A DNA stretch of 38,028 nucleotides from a virus (Duplodnaviria > Caudoviricetes): positions 1 through 38,028 of IMG/VR virus record IMGVR_UViG_3300027283_000004. One strand, 5' to 3'. This document shows, in pieces, positions 26,741 through 35,138 of this stretch. The number at the start of each line of letters is the position of its first letter. Position 1 is the stretch's first letter. The translations under genes and the position numbers were made by a program. The notes under the pieces are model-generated. The model worked only from the letters and a program-made list of their open reading frames with translations. It ran no database searches and was not told the DNA's origin.

Positions 26741-27481
26741 TCACCGCGCCGTCCCAAGCGCCCGAACCATCGCGGCATCGAGGTTGTCGCCCATCTTCTC
26801 CCGCACCACTTCCGCCACGATACCCTCCATATCGAAGCGGCTCTCGTACTTGGCGGGCTGGGTGAACAGCAGCACCGGCTTGATCGCGCTACCCTCGGCG
26901 AACACGAACCGCTGCCACACGCCGGGCCGCAGGTGCTTGGTGCGCGGGTTGTCCTCAGAGGCGAGGAAGTACCGTTCCTTCCGGCGTTTCCCCTTGCTCT
27001 TGCGGCCTTTCGTGGCGTTGGCGTTATAGCCGACCTGGGTGAAGCCTCGGACGGCGGACAGAGCCTTGACCAGTTGCCCGCGCCGCATGTTGCCGTAGGC
27101 GTCGAGTTGCGCGCCACCACCGGGCACGAACTGCATATCCCTGGGCAGCAGGGCTTGGCCCTTCAACTGCCGCTCGCTGCCCTTGTCGCGTCGTCCGCCG
27201 CCGTCAACCTGAGGGATGAGGTAGCGGCCAGCCTGATACTTGTAGCCCACGTCAGCCACCAGATTAGCCTTAGTCGCGGGCGTGACCTGCGTGCTGTTGA
27301 TCGTCCAGCGCGTGGGTTGGTCAAAGATTTCAGGTAGCAGCTTCTTGATGCGGGTCTGCGCGTCCTTGGCGGTCTGTGTCAGGGCCAGGGCGACGGCGAA
27401 CGGGGCTTGCTTCTCCAAGCGGGAAAACGCCTTGGCCTGCGAGGCGGTGTCGAGGGTGATATTGAACCACTCACGGGCCAT
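26741..27481 (-). CDS. Basic phage protein upstream of cos (possible gpZ-like tail completion protein)
   Basis: KQAPFAVALALTQTAKDAQ...FDQPTRWT pattern; position; function uncertain. Confidence 0.65.
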   Translation of the reverse strand: MAREWFNITLDTASQAKAFSRLEKQAPFAVALALTQTAKDAQTRIKKLLPEIFDQPTRWTINSTQVTPATKANLVADVGYKYQAGRYLIPQVDGGGRRDKGSERQLKGQALLPRDMQFVPGGGAQLDAYGNMRRGQLVKALSAVRGFTQVGYNANATKGRKSKGKRRKERYFLASEDNPRTKHLRPGVWQRFVFAEGSAIKPVLLFTQPAKYESRFDMEGIVAEVVREKMGDNLDAAMVRALGTAR

Positions 27482-27509
27482 CGCACCACCTCACCACCAA
27501 GTCACGCGG

Positions 27510-28022
27510 TCAATCTTCGTCTGTTTCCGTCAGGTTGGGCGGCCCGTTCCCGAGATGCGCGCCGCCGCCTTTGCCGCTGGGGCCGATGAAAAGAAAGCCC
27601 TTCCGTATGACCACCCTCGCCATAAACGCAGACAGAACACGAGACCATTCGTCTCGACTTAAATGTCCAGTGAAGTGAAGGCCAGATTCGGCCAGCACCT
27701 CCTTGGCGGCACCCAAGACCCTCCGGCCAGCACCCAACCGCAGAAAGTCAGCCTCCGAGAGCGCCGACGCCTTATCAGGCCCGCCTAGCGCGGCAATGAA
27801 CTTGATGGCCTTATTTCTGGATCGCTCACTCGTTCCTTTGGGCGGGAGGGTGGCGACCCTTTTTGCTCTAGCGTCCTTCCTGGCTGCCCGCTTGCAGTCT
27901 GCCACCAGCACCCTTGCCGCTTTCTCGCGAGTCCGGGCGTCGCACGCCTCGGCTACTTCGCGGTCCTTGTGTCTGTGTCCACGATCGCAGATGTAGACCA
28001 CCTCGGCCACTTCCCGAACCAT
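27510..28022 (-). CDS. Hypothetical protein with putative Zn-binding N-terminus and RNAP alpha-CTD-like domain
   Basis: YICDRGHRH...AEAC; SERSRN...EADFLR..AGRRVL...KEVLAESGLHF. Confidence 0.6.
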   Translation of the reverse strand: MVREVAEVVYICDRGHRHKDREVAEACDARTREKAARVLVADCKRAARKDARAKRVATLPPKGTSERSRNKAIKFIAALGGPDKASALSEADFLRLGAGRRVLGAAKEVLAESGLHFTGHLSRDEWSRVLSAFMARVVIRKGFLFIGPSGKGGGAHLGNGPPNLTETDED

Positions 28023-28113
28023 TCTCGCTACCCTTTCGCGCCCCTGCTGAAAGCACGGAAGGCGCGCAGGGTACGCGCTTTTCGGGAGCTACCCTATCCG
28101 CGCAATAAGTATA

Positions 28114-28227
28114 TCACCACCCCCGCCGATCACCCAACCGCCAAACATAGGCCGCACCAGCCACCGCACACACAGCCCCGATGCACAGGCAAGCCACCGC
28201 CCAGCCTGTCCACGGGTGCGAGGTCAT
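28114..28227 (-). CDS. Small membrane peptide (37 aa)
   Basis: MTSHPWTGWAVACLCIGAVCAVAGAAYVWRLGDRRGW; starts 4 nt after the upstream stop; below the ORF-track cut-off. Confidence 0.45.
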   Translation of the reverse strand: MTSHPWTGWAVACLCIGAVCAVAGAAYVWRLGDRRGW

Positions 28228-28231
28228 GGGG

Positions 28232-28432
28232 TCAACCCTTCAGAGAAAAGCCCAGGCCAATAAGGCACCCGGCCATCACTAGACATAACAGCGTCAAGAC
28301 AGCCCCGGCGAACGTACCAACGCGCTTCCCGTGCTCGTACGCTGCGCGCTCATCTGGATCGTAGATGACCACACCGCGCGGCGGGGGTGGTGTCCAGCCT
28401 ATCGGGTCCGGCATCGGGGGCTTTGCCATCAC
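28232..28432 (-). CDS. Small membrane protein
   Basis: C-terminal TM helix; GTGA overlap with the upstream gene. Confidence 0.6.
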   Translation of the reverse strand: MMAKPPMPDPIGWTPPPPRGVVIYDPDERAAYEHGKRVGTFAGAVLTLLCLVMAGCLIGLGFSLKG

Positions 28433-28716
28433 ACCGCCTCCGGCACACCATCTTCCCGGATGCGGATGACGCGCCCATCCTTCATGCGGACCTCTGCCAC
28501 GTCGCCGTCGATCATGGGGATGTGCCAGTTGACCGCGCCGGCAACGGTGTCAACGCGGATCATGGCGATCTCGCATTGCAGGGTCAGAACGGGGCCGATC
28601 TCCAGCATGGCTCCGTAGGTGATAGGCAGAACCTCGCCCAAGTCAGCACCCGTCTCGGCGTCGAGGATCTTGGTCCCGACGCCTGTGCCGTTGTCGCTCA
28701 CGATGCGGATGGGCAT
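28429..28716 (-). CDS. Hypothetical protein
   Basis: GAGGTG SD before MPIRIVSDNGTG. Confidence 0.6.
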   Translation of the reverse strand: MPIRIVSDNGTGVGTKILDAETGADLGEVLPITYGAMLEIGPVLTLQCEIAMIRVDTVAGAVNWHIPMIDGDVAEVRMKDGRVIRIREDGVPEAV

Positions 28717-28742
28717 GTCGTCACACCTCATGTCGGAATGCG

Positions 28743-28772
28743 AAAAGCCCGCCACCGTGAGGCAGCGGGCTT
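28743..28772 (-). terminator. tR'-like terminator ending the late leader
   Basis: Minus strand AAGCCCGCTGCC-tcac-GGTGGCGGGCTT-ttc. Confidence 0.65.
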
Positions 28773-28774
28773 CG

Positions 28775-29195
28775 TTGTTCATCTGCCACCCCATGACGTC
28801 GGCGGCTCTAGGTCATCACGGCTATCCCGTCGCAGGGAAGCATCAGCCCCGCCAAGCCGGGCGGGCACGGTATCCAGGGGTGGGCTCGGCCTGGAATGGC
28901 AACCAGCGGCGTTCCGACTTACCCACCCCAGCCCATACGGGGCGGCGCGTATCCCGGTGGGCGTAACCTAGCGCGTCTCAGCGCCGCCGCTGGTATCTCT
29001 GAATTGATCGGGGCCGCTTATTCGGCTGGCACCCCAACGCGACGTAGACGAGGCTCGCCGCAGACCGCATCACCCTGACGTTTCCTTGCAAGTCCTATCA
29101 GGGGCTAAGCGGTAGACCTGGAGGGGGCGGCCCGTCACGCCAGGGGAAGCGCAACGGGCCAGAGGGGGAAGCGCGAACGCACCAAAACCACCATG
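28775..29195 (-). ncRNA. Candidate structured late-leader RNA
   Basis: No convincing ORF; at least six stems and alternative pairings visible between a promoter and a terminator. Confidence 0.45.
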
Positions 29196-29201
29196 CCTGA
29201 G

Positions 29202-29230
29202 AAGGTACGCTAAACCCGCCCGGCCGTCAA
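29202..29230 (-). promoter_or_regulatory. Late promoter (pR'-like)
   Basis: TTGACG-N17-TACCTT directly downstream of the late-regulator candidate. Confidence 0.7.
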
Positions 29231-29278
29231 CAACCTTTTCGCGCGCCAACGCAACATGATGGGAGAACGGATGAGGAT

Positions 29279-29803
29279 CTAGCCCAGCCGGTTGATTTTG
29301 CAGTACAGGTCCAGGCCGGCAATCAGCGTCTCTCGCGCATGACCCCGACGCTTGCGGGCCTGTTGCTCGGCGGCCTCCAGACTCATGCCGTGGACCGTGA
29401 TTGCCAACACGACAACCTCGTCAACGTGACGATCAGCGCAAGCATCGGCCCACCGCTTGTAGTCCCGCACGCAGTCCTGGATGAACGCCGACCACTCCGC
29501 GCACTCACCTCGCCCGGTCGGCGGGTCATAGCTGGCGATCTTGCTCGACACCGGCAGCGTGATCGCCTTGAACGCCTCGTAGATCCGCTGCGCCGCGCGT
29601 GCCTGGTTGTCGGTCAGTTCCGCCATGATGCGCGCCGACCTCCGGCGCTGGCATTGATGCACCTCGGTGCGGACGGTTCCGGGGATGGGCATGGCGACCA
29701 CCACGCCATCGGTCGGGCTGTGGCGCTCCTGCCAGTCGGCGGGCTCCATTGCGGCCACCGGTGGCTTGGTCTTGCGCTTCCGTGCCGTCGCTGTCCGGGC
29801 CAT
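29279..29803 (-). CDS. Putative late-gene regulator (Q-position, C-terminal HTH)
   Basis: VVLAITVHGMSLEAAEQQARKRRGHARETLIAGLDLY resembles a sigma-4/HTH; last early gene before the late promoter. Confidence 0.65.
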   Translation of the reverse strand: MARTATARKRKTKPPVAAMEPADWQERHSPTDGVVVAMPIPGTVRTEVHQCQRRRSARIMAELTDNQARAAQRIYEAFKAITLPVSSKIASYDPPTGRGECAEWSAFIQDCVRDYKRWADACADRHVDEVVVLAITVHGMSLEAAEQQARKRRGHARETLIAGLDLYCKINRLG

Positions 29804-29848
29804 GCCGCGTCCTTCCGAGATGTTATATCATTGCACTTCACAGGCAAG

Positions 29849-30049
29849 CTAGCCGCCCCGCCGCTTGCCGTACCGCGCCGCCATGTGGTTCTCAACCGCC
29901 TGCCGCGTCCACTCGCAAGCCACCTCGTCCAGCCGCAGCATGACGACGCCCTGTTGGTGCCAAGCTGCCGAACGCATGGCGTCGAGGGTGGCGTCGTCGG
30001 TCGGGCCGGATTGGATGTGGCGGGAGAGGCTGGTGCGGGGGTGGCTCAT
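29849..30049 (-). CDS. Hypothetical protein
   Basis: Coupled small ORF in the nin-like region. Confidence 0.6.
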   Translation of the reverse strand: MSHPRTSLSRHIQSGPTDDATLDAMRSAAWHQQGVVMLRLDEVACEWTRQAVENHMAARYGKRRGG

Positions 30050-30258
30050 GGCGCGGTGCGTTCCCCGTCATAAATCGCTGCCCCCGCCCGCATCTTCGCC
30101 CGGTCAGCATCGGCAACGGTGACGACCGGGCCCGCATCCCGCGCGCAGTCCCGCAGCAGTCGGCCACAGGGGAGCGCAGGCCAGCCGCAGCCGTCGATGC
30201 AGTCTGTGGCGCATCCGGTGCCGTAGTGGTCTGGTTCCGAAGTATCGGAAAAACGCAT
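30046..30258 (-). CDS. Hypothetical Cys-rich protein
   Basis: GGAG SD before MRFSDT; ATGA overlap with the next gene. Confidence 0.45.
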   Translation of the reverse strand: MRFSDTSEPDHYGTGCATDCIDGCGWPALPCGRLLRDCARDAGPVVTVADADRAKMRAGAAIYDGERTAP

Positions 30259-30373
30259 GGCAGAACTCCCAAAATCAACCACACCACTATACCAGAACCC
30301 GCACGCGCTCACAACGTATAAGCGACAGTGCGGGCTTGTTTCTGCGCGGAAATGTTGTGGTGTTGCTTGGTGG

Positions 30374-30532
30374 TTACTTTGTTGGCGGCGCAACTGCTGC
30401 CGAGATATTGAGGCGCAGGCTGTCGGTCATATCACGCAAGCCCTGGATTATAGCAGGCTTGGCGGCGCGGAAGTTGTCGGCCATACGCTGCATTTCGGCG
30501 GCTGCGGCGGCTCGGCGTTCGTCGGTCATCAT
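30374..30532 (-). CDS. Hypothetical protein (52 aa)
   Basis: MMTDERRAAAAAEMQRMADNF...; ATGA-coupled to the upstream gene. Confidence 0.5.
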   Translation of the reverse strand: MMTDERRAAAAAEMQRMADNFRAAKPAIIQGLRDMTDSLRLNISAAVAPPTK

Positions 30533-30831
30533 TGGGCGGGCTCCTTGTGCTTGAGGCTTTCGATGCGAACGGCTATGTCGGCCCTGGTCAACTCCGCATT
30601 GCCGAGTTCGTATCCCCTGCCAGCCTTCAGTCCATCCCCGTTATACTCGTCCGCCAGCCATACTGCCTCCTCCAGCGCATCCCGGCGGGCGGCGTCGATG
30701 GCGCGGGCGATATCCGATAGGCACACATCCTCATCCGCCCGCGTGCTGGCGTCATCGAAGGCCCATGGCGCTGCGGCGTACATCGCACGCGCCCGCTCCA
30801 TCGCCCACTTGCTCGGCTTGTCAGCCATCAT
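30529..30831 (-). CDS. Hypothetical protein
   Basis: Coupled ORF; IARAIDAARRDALEEA pattern common in phage accessory genes. Confidence 0.65.
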   Translation of the reverse strand: MMADKPSKWAMERARAMYAAAPWAFDDASTRADEDVCLSDIARAIDAARRDALEEAVWLADEYNGDGLKAGRGYELGNAELTRADIAVRIESLKHKEPAQ

Positions 30832-31013
30832 TCCGTCTCCGCGTCATAGTGGGCATGGATGACGACCGCCGGCCCGGCCGCCTTGCGCATCATCTGCGCC
30901 GCACCCTCCCACCCGATGCCGAACGCAAAACCCGCGCACAGCATGAGAATCGTGAACTTGGCAGCGCCCAGCCGGTCGAGGTTGGGGGTCTTGCTGGTTG
31001 TCGTCTCAGCCAT
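30828..31013 (-). CDS. Small membrane protein
   Basis: GGAGG SD before MAETTTSK; one TM segment. Confidence 0.5.
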   Translation of the reverse strand: MAETTTSKTPNLDRLGAAKFTILMLCAGFAFGIGWEGAAQMMRKAAGPAVVIHAHYDAETE

Positions 31014-31455
31014 GATCGGCAGCCTCCCACAGCAAGCCCTTGGACCCGCACGGCCCAGGCCAAGCCGCATGGCACGACTTCGGCATGTGCGTGACGCCCC
31101 CACTGATGCAGTGGTCCCCCATGACGCGGTGACGGCAGTTCCCGCAGACGCGTTCCGGGGTGATGACCGGGGCCGCATCCTCACCCCACCGCGCCGTCCC
31201 GATTTCCGCCCCACAAGCCGCATAGCCCGCCATATCGACAAAACTGTCGAAATGTGCCGGGCTGGTGCGGATGCGCGCCATCTTGAGCATCCCCATCATC
31301 ATCGGCACATCGACAGGGCGGATCGGCCCGCCGTCGAGGTATGCCGTCCACATGGCCGCGATCTGGCCGAAGTGGTTCTCGGGCACCCCGTAGTCCTGTT
31401 CCCGCTGGCCGGTGACCGCCGACCGTGCGGCGTCGAGTGTCTGTGTTCGGTTCAT
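31006..31455 (-). CDS. DUF6378-like protein
   Basis: A...V.G.R.QDYG.PE..F..IA.MW.AYL...DV..MM..LKMAR....H.DSFVD.AGYAAC signature. Confidence 0.8.
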   Translation of the reverse strand: MNRTQTLDAARSAVTGQREQDYGVPENHFGQIAAMWTAYLDGGPIRPVDVPMMMGMLKMARIRTSPAHFDSFVDMAGYAACGAEIGTARWGEDAAPVITPERVCGNCRHRVMGDHCISGGVTHMPKSCHAAWPGPCGSKGLLWEAADHG

Positions 31456-31865
31456 TTCGCTGCCCCTTTTTGGTCAGTGTGCAGGCCGTAAATCTTGTTT
31501 TGCCCGGTGCGTCTGAACTCATCTGCCATCATCAAGTAATTGTGGTGCCTGCAAATCTCGCACCTATCCCCGCTGTTCCTTTCATTCTTCAGGGATTTTG
31601 ACCGCCGGGCCTCGTACTTACCGCAGTCGCAGCGCACCAACCACAATGGCTTGTCGATCAGTAGCCCGATCACTCTGAGTCTCCCGACGCGCAAGCCGGT
31701 CAGGTCTTGCGTATTCTTGGGGACCGGCCTCACCTGCTGCGGGGCATCCCAGTGATGCGGCGTGTTTATTTTTTTGTCCGGCTGATACTCGAACCCCTTT
31801 GCCATCACCATGGCGGCCGTTTTGTTGGTTGGCCGCATGGTCAGCACGACCCCAAAATCCTTCAT
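31452..31865 (-). CDS. Protein with HNH/AP2-associated Zn-binding domain
   Basis: DLTGLRVGRLRVIG...WLVRCDCG motif; no HNH catalytic domain visible. Confidence 0.65.
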   Translation of the reverse strand: MKDFGVVLTMRPTNKTAAMVMAKGFEYQPDKKINTPHHWDAPQQVRPVPKNTQDLTGLRVGRLRVIGLLIDKPLWLVRCDCGKYEARRSKSLKNERNSGDRCEICRHHNYLMMADEFRRTGQNKIYGLHTDQKGAAK

Positions 31866-31990
31866 TCCTCATTCCCTCATTTTCCGCCCCTCTGGTGCGC
31901 AACTCGGCATGAGGGGTATCGGTGTGGCTCATTGGTGGTAGTTGCGCACGCTGGCCCTGTTGCCGGGGCGTTGCGTGTGGTGTGTGGGGG

Positions 31991-32473
31991 TTACTCGGCG
32001 GCTTCCTGCATCACCGGCAGATACCCGGCCAGCCGTTCCCGCAGCTTGCGAGCGTGCTTCTCGGCGCTGCGGTCCACGTCGGCCATCAGGTCTTCGTGGC
32101 GTGACACCTCGGCAGCAATCGTGCTGTAGGCCACATCCAACGGGCTGCCATCGACCAGCACCAGGGCGCCGGACTCCAGCGTGTCGCGCAGGGCGTAGGC
32201 CACCATGAGGAAAACTTTGACCATGGCCGACTGCTCGTAGCCCTCCAGGCATTCGGCGGCGAGCGTCTTGACCCGGTTGCGCAGAGTTTGCACCCTTTTG
32301 CCGTCGAGGCCCGCGTACGCGTCGTCCTCGGCTGCCTTTATCGCAGCCAGAACGGCCCTGTCTTCGTCGTCGGCGGCACCACCCGCCGCGTCCATCGCTA
32401 CCGCCATCCACACGGCCAGGAGGCGGGGGTAGATCGCCAGGGCGACCCGGCGGCGGTCGGAGAGGTAGGTCAT
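31991..32473 (-). CDS. Hypothetical protein
   Basis: 160 aa, helical, coupled to the upstream gene. Confidence 0.7.
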   Translation of the reverse strand: MTYLSDRRRVALAIYPRLLAVWMAVAMDAAGGAADDEDRAVLAAIKAAEDDAYAGLDGKRVQTLRNRVKTLAAECLEGYEQSAMVKVFLMVAYALRDTLESGALVLVDGSPLDVAYSTIAAEVSRHEDLMADVDRSAEKHARKLRERLAGYLPVMQEAAE

Positions 32474-33159
32474 TCTGCGGCCTCCTGGGATATGAGGGTG
32501 GCAGCATCGGCCAGTTGGCGTTGACGTTCGCGCTCGATCTCGGCGGGCGTCGGCTCGCGGTCGGCCGGGACGCGCTTCAAGCCGCCGCCAGCCTTGAGAC
32601 GCGCCATCATCGCGTCAAATTCCGCCCGCTGCTGAGGCGTCTGGTCCTTGTACGGCACGGCTTTCGGCCTGGCGGCTTCCTCGGCGCGGCGCGCGTGCTC
32701 ATCGACTTGCGCGGCGGCGCCACGGGCAACGCGGCGGCGCTCATCCATTAGGCGGCTTGCGTGCTTGTAAACGTCACCAGCACCCGGCACGAACGCACCG
32801 CCTGCTCGGCGGATTTCGTGGACGGTGCGCTCCACGATGTCGGCTGGAAATTCAGACAGGTCCATCGCAAGGCCGCGCGCAAAGACTTTGGCGTGCTGCT
32901 CATCGCGGAACGCGCCAGACGCGGGGAACATGCCGACCAGCATCCGCGCCCAGGTGGCCGCATGGTCTGCGGTGGTCGGCGTCATGGCGTCCGCCAACTC
33001 CCCCTGCACATCCAACAGCGCGGGCAACGGCAACAGCTTGTCGTGGTGGTCTAGTTTGGCGCCCGCATCCACGCGGTCGGCGTCCACTCCCAGCTTCACG
33101 GCGTGCAGGCTGGTCTTCGGGCAGGTACTGGCCGGGATGACGGCGGGAAGTTTGCTCAT
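32470..33159 (-). CDS. Putative helicase loader (lambda P position)
   Basis: ATGA-coupled to the initiator; LSEFPADIVERTVHEIRR...FVPGAGDV resembles loader/inhibitor domains. Confidence 0.6.
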   Translation of the reverse strand: MSKLPAVIPASTCPKTSLHAVKLGVDADRVDAGAKLDHHDKLLPLPALLDVQGELADAMTPTTADHAATWARMLVGMFPASGAFRDEQHAKVFARGLAMDLSEFPADIVERTVHEIRRAGGAFVPGAGDVYKHASRLMDERRRVARGAAAQVDEHARRAEEAARPKAVPYKDQTPQQRAEFDAMMARLKAGGGLKRVPADREPTPAEIERERQRQLADAATLISQEAAE

Positions 33160-33941
33160 GGATACCCCCTGGCGATATCGGCTTGCAGTCCATCGAAGGC
33201 TGCGTTCACGAAGTCGGCTTGCTGGCCGGACCTGCTGGGGCTGCCGCGTGGCCGGTTGCTTTCCAGCGAGCGGCGGACCCAGTTGCGCCATGTCGCTTCC
33301 CAATCGGTCTTGGTCGCTTTCGCCCCCGGCTGGGCGGTCCAGTAGTCGTGGAACTTGGCCCATTCGGCCTGCGGGTCACGGTGGCCCTGCCCGACAGCCC
33401 AGGTCCGGTAGCCTTCCGGCAGAACGGCACCAGCGGGCAGGCGAGCGCCGCGCGCGGATCCTGAGCGAAGCGAAGGATCTTCTTTCTTCTCTAATCTAGT
33501 CTTATCTAGTCTAGCGGTCGTTTGCGTTCGGCTGCGTTCGGCTGCGTTCGCTTCGTTGGAAGTGGCGGTTTCCTGCGGTTCCTGGCTGGACTTTTCGGCC
33601 TTCTGGCGCTCCCTGTGGGCCTTGGCGCGCTCGGCGGATCCGTCCTCACGCTTCGGCTGTCGCTTGGCCCACCCAGTGACGGCATCGTCATCAAGGGTCT
33701 TGCTCTGCATCGCCTCGCGGATGGCGGCCACGTCCTCAGGCTCCATGTCCAGGCCGGCTGCTGTGTCCTCGTCATTCCAGCCCGCCAGGGTGCCGCGCGC
33801 CTCTGCGTTGGACGCGCATTCGAGCATGGCGGCCCACACCGCCAGCACGGCGACGAGCGGCTGACCAGAGCGGCGGGCGACAACCCGAAACTTCGGGTCG
33901 CTCACGGTGCCGTGGTGCCAGCGGAACCAATCGAAGCTCAT
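33156..33941 (-). CDS. Phage replication initiator
   Basis: WFRWHHGTVSDPKF N-terminus; C-terminal KFHDYW...KTDWEATWRNWVRR; internal tandem repeats. Confidence 0.85.
   Translation of the reverse strand: MSFDWFRWHHGTVSDPKFRVVARRSGQPLVAVLAVWAAMLECASNAEARGTLAGWNDEDTAAGLDMEPEDVAAIREAMQSKTLDDDAVTGWAKRQPKREDGSAERAKAHRERQKAEKSSQEPQETATSNEANAAERSRTQTTARLDKTRLEKKEDPSLRSGSARGARLPAGAVLPEGYRTWAVGQGHRDPQAEWAKFHDYWTAQPGAKATKTDWEATWRNWVRRSLESNRPRGSPSRSGQQADFVNAAFDGLQADIARGYP
33478..33556. repeat. Iteron-like repeats plus AT-rich tract (putative origin)
   Basis: TGCGTTCG three times at 10-bp period (33523, 33533, 33543), next to CTAATCTAGT/CTTATCTAGT. Confidence 0.65.
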
Positions 33942-34546
33942 GCTGCCTCCGGCTTGGCGAGGGGCTGGTACAAGGTCGCCCCGGCGTGCGCGCGGTCCCA
34001 CACAATCCACAGGCAATCCATCGTCGGGGAGCCCTGCCCGGTGAAGTCCGGCCGCCAGGTCAGCGGGTAGACGGCGGCCGGCTGCCAGTGCGCCCACAGG
34101 TCGAGGCGGCTTGATGCGTGCCAGAACTGCGACTTGGCGAACATGGCGACGAACTCGAAGCCCAGGGCGTCGGCATGGCGCAGGAACGCGGCCTGCCCAT
34201 TCTTCCGGCCCGCCAGCGTGAACGGCGGGTTCGTGACCAGCGCCCGGCAGCCACGCGGGTCGGTGTCGTCCAGGAAGTCAACGCCACCCTCGCCATACCC
34301 CCGGTCGATCAGGTCCGTGCTCACCACGTTCAGGCCGCCAGCGATCAGCACGCGGGCCATGTCACCGGCACCGCAAGCAGGCTCGCGGACTCGGCCATAG
34401 GCGCGCAGGCGATACCCGGCAGGGCTCGCCAGCAGGGCGCGCGTCACCTCGGCATCGGCGGTGGCGTAAAAGTCGTGTTCGCGGCGCGGCGCGGCGACGT
34501 GGCCCAGCTTCATGGGCGAGCCAGCGAGTGCGCGAGCAAGGCTCAT
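33938..34546 (-). CDS. Orphan DNA amino-methyltransferase (probably N6-adenine)
   Basis: DFYAT, SAM-binding EPACGAG and catalytic TNPPF motifs. Confidence 0.85.
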   Translation of the reverse strand: MSLARALAGSPMKLGHVAAPRREHDFYATADAEVTRALLASPAGYRLRAYGRVREPACGAGDMARVLIAGGLNVVSTDLIDRGYGEGGVDFLDDTDPRGCRALVTNPPFTLAGRKNGQAAFLRHADALGFEFVAMFAKSQFWHASSRLDLWAHWQPAAVYPLTWRPDFTGQGSPTMDCLWIVWDRAHAGATLYQPLAKPEAA

Positions 34547-34788
34547 CGTCCCACCCCCACCCGCATAAGTTCGTGATTAGCCTTCCGCAGATCGGCCGCC
34601 GCAGACTGCGCAAGGGCAGACCGGCGCCCGTGCTGGGCCACTGCGGCGTCATACCGGGCCTGGGTCTGCGCTCGGGCGACCTCCAGCGCGGCCAGTCGCT
34701 CGGCGCGGCTCGGCGTGTCGTTGCGCGGGGCCTGCGGGATGCTCGGCAGGTATTGGCGGGCAAGGTCTTTGACGGCCTGGAACATCAC
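34543..34788 (-). CDS. Hypothetical protein
   Basis: Coupled ORF. Confidence 0.6.
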   Translation of the reverse strand: MMFQAVKDLARQYLPSIPQAPRNDTPSRAERLAALEVARAQTQARYDAAVAQHGRRSALAQSAAADLRKANHELMRVGVGR

Positions 34789-35135
34789 GGCACCTCAATC
34801 ACATGCACGCCAAGCACGGCCTTCATGAGCGCCCGCTTGATCTTGTACTGAGGGGTCCGGGTGGCCGGGCTCTTCACGTCCTCGACCACGCGCGCCCCGG
34901 CGGCGTCGGTGTAGGCAAAATCCGCCCGGTACTCGACGGACCTGCCGCTGTCGCACTTGAGCCTCTGGCCATCGATCTCGAACTTGTAGGACGGATGCAA
35001 TTGCAGGTCGGTGATCTGGCCGGTCTTGATGAGCAACCGAAGCTGTTCATACCGGCGGGCCTCGGCGCGGCTGTCGAACGTCTTGCCGTCGCTGGCCTTT
35101 GTGCGGATGGCGTGAAACTTGTTGCCTCGGCGCAT
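34785..35135 (-). CDS. DUF1064-family PD-(D/E)xK nuclease-like protein
   Basis: NKFHA..T..DG.TFDSRAEA.RY..L...YRADFAY....VVEDVKS. Confidence 0.88.
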   Translation of the reverse strand: MRRGNKFHAIRTKASDGKTFDSRAEARRYEQLRLLIKTGQITDLQLHPSYKFEIDGQRLKCDSGRSVEYRADFAYTDAAGARVVEDVKSPATRTPQYKIKRALMKAVLGVHVIEVP

Positions 35136-35138
35136 GGC

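Noticed and set aside
29010-29135. Known self-cleaving ribozyme (hammerhead-like CTGATAG...GAAAC, twister-like GGAGGGGGCGG, HDV-like CCTCGT)
   Set aside because: Required core nucleotides and stems could not be completed by eye for any class
33521-33550. CRISPR-like array
   Set aside because: Abutting 10-bp repeats without spacers, inside a CDS; better explained as iterons
31991-33950. Consecutive proteins ending in (Q/P)EAA(E)
   Set aside because: Mostly explained by a GGAGG Shine-Dalgarno for the next coupled gene, not a shared protein motif
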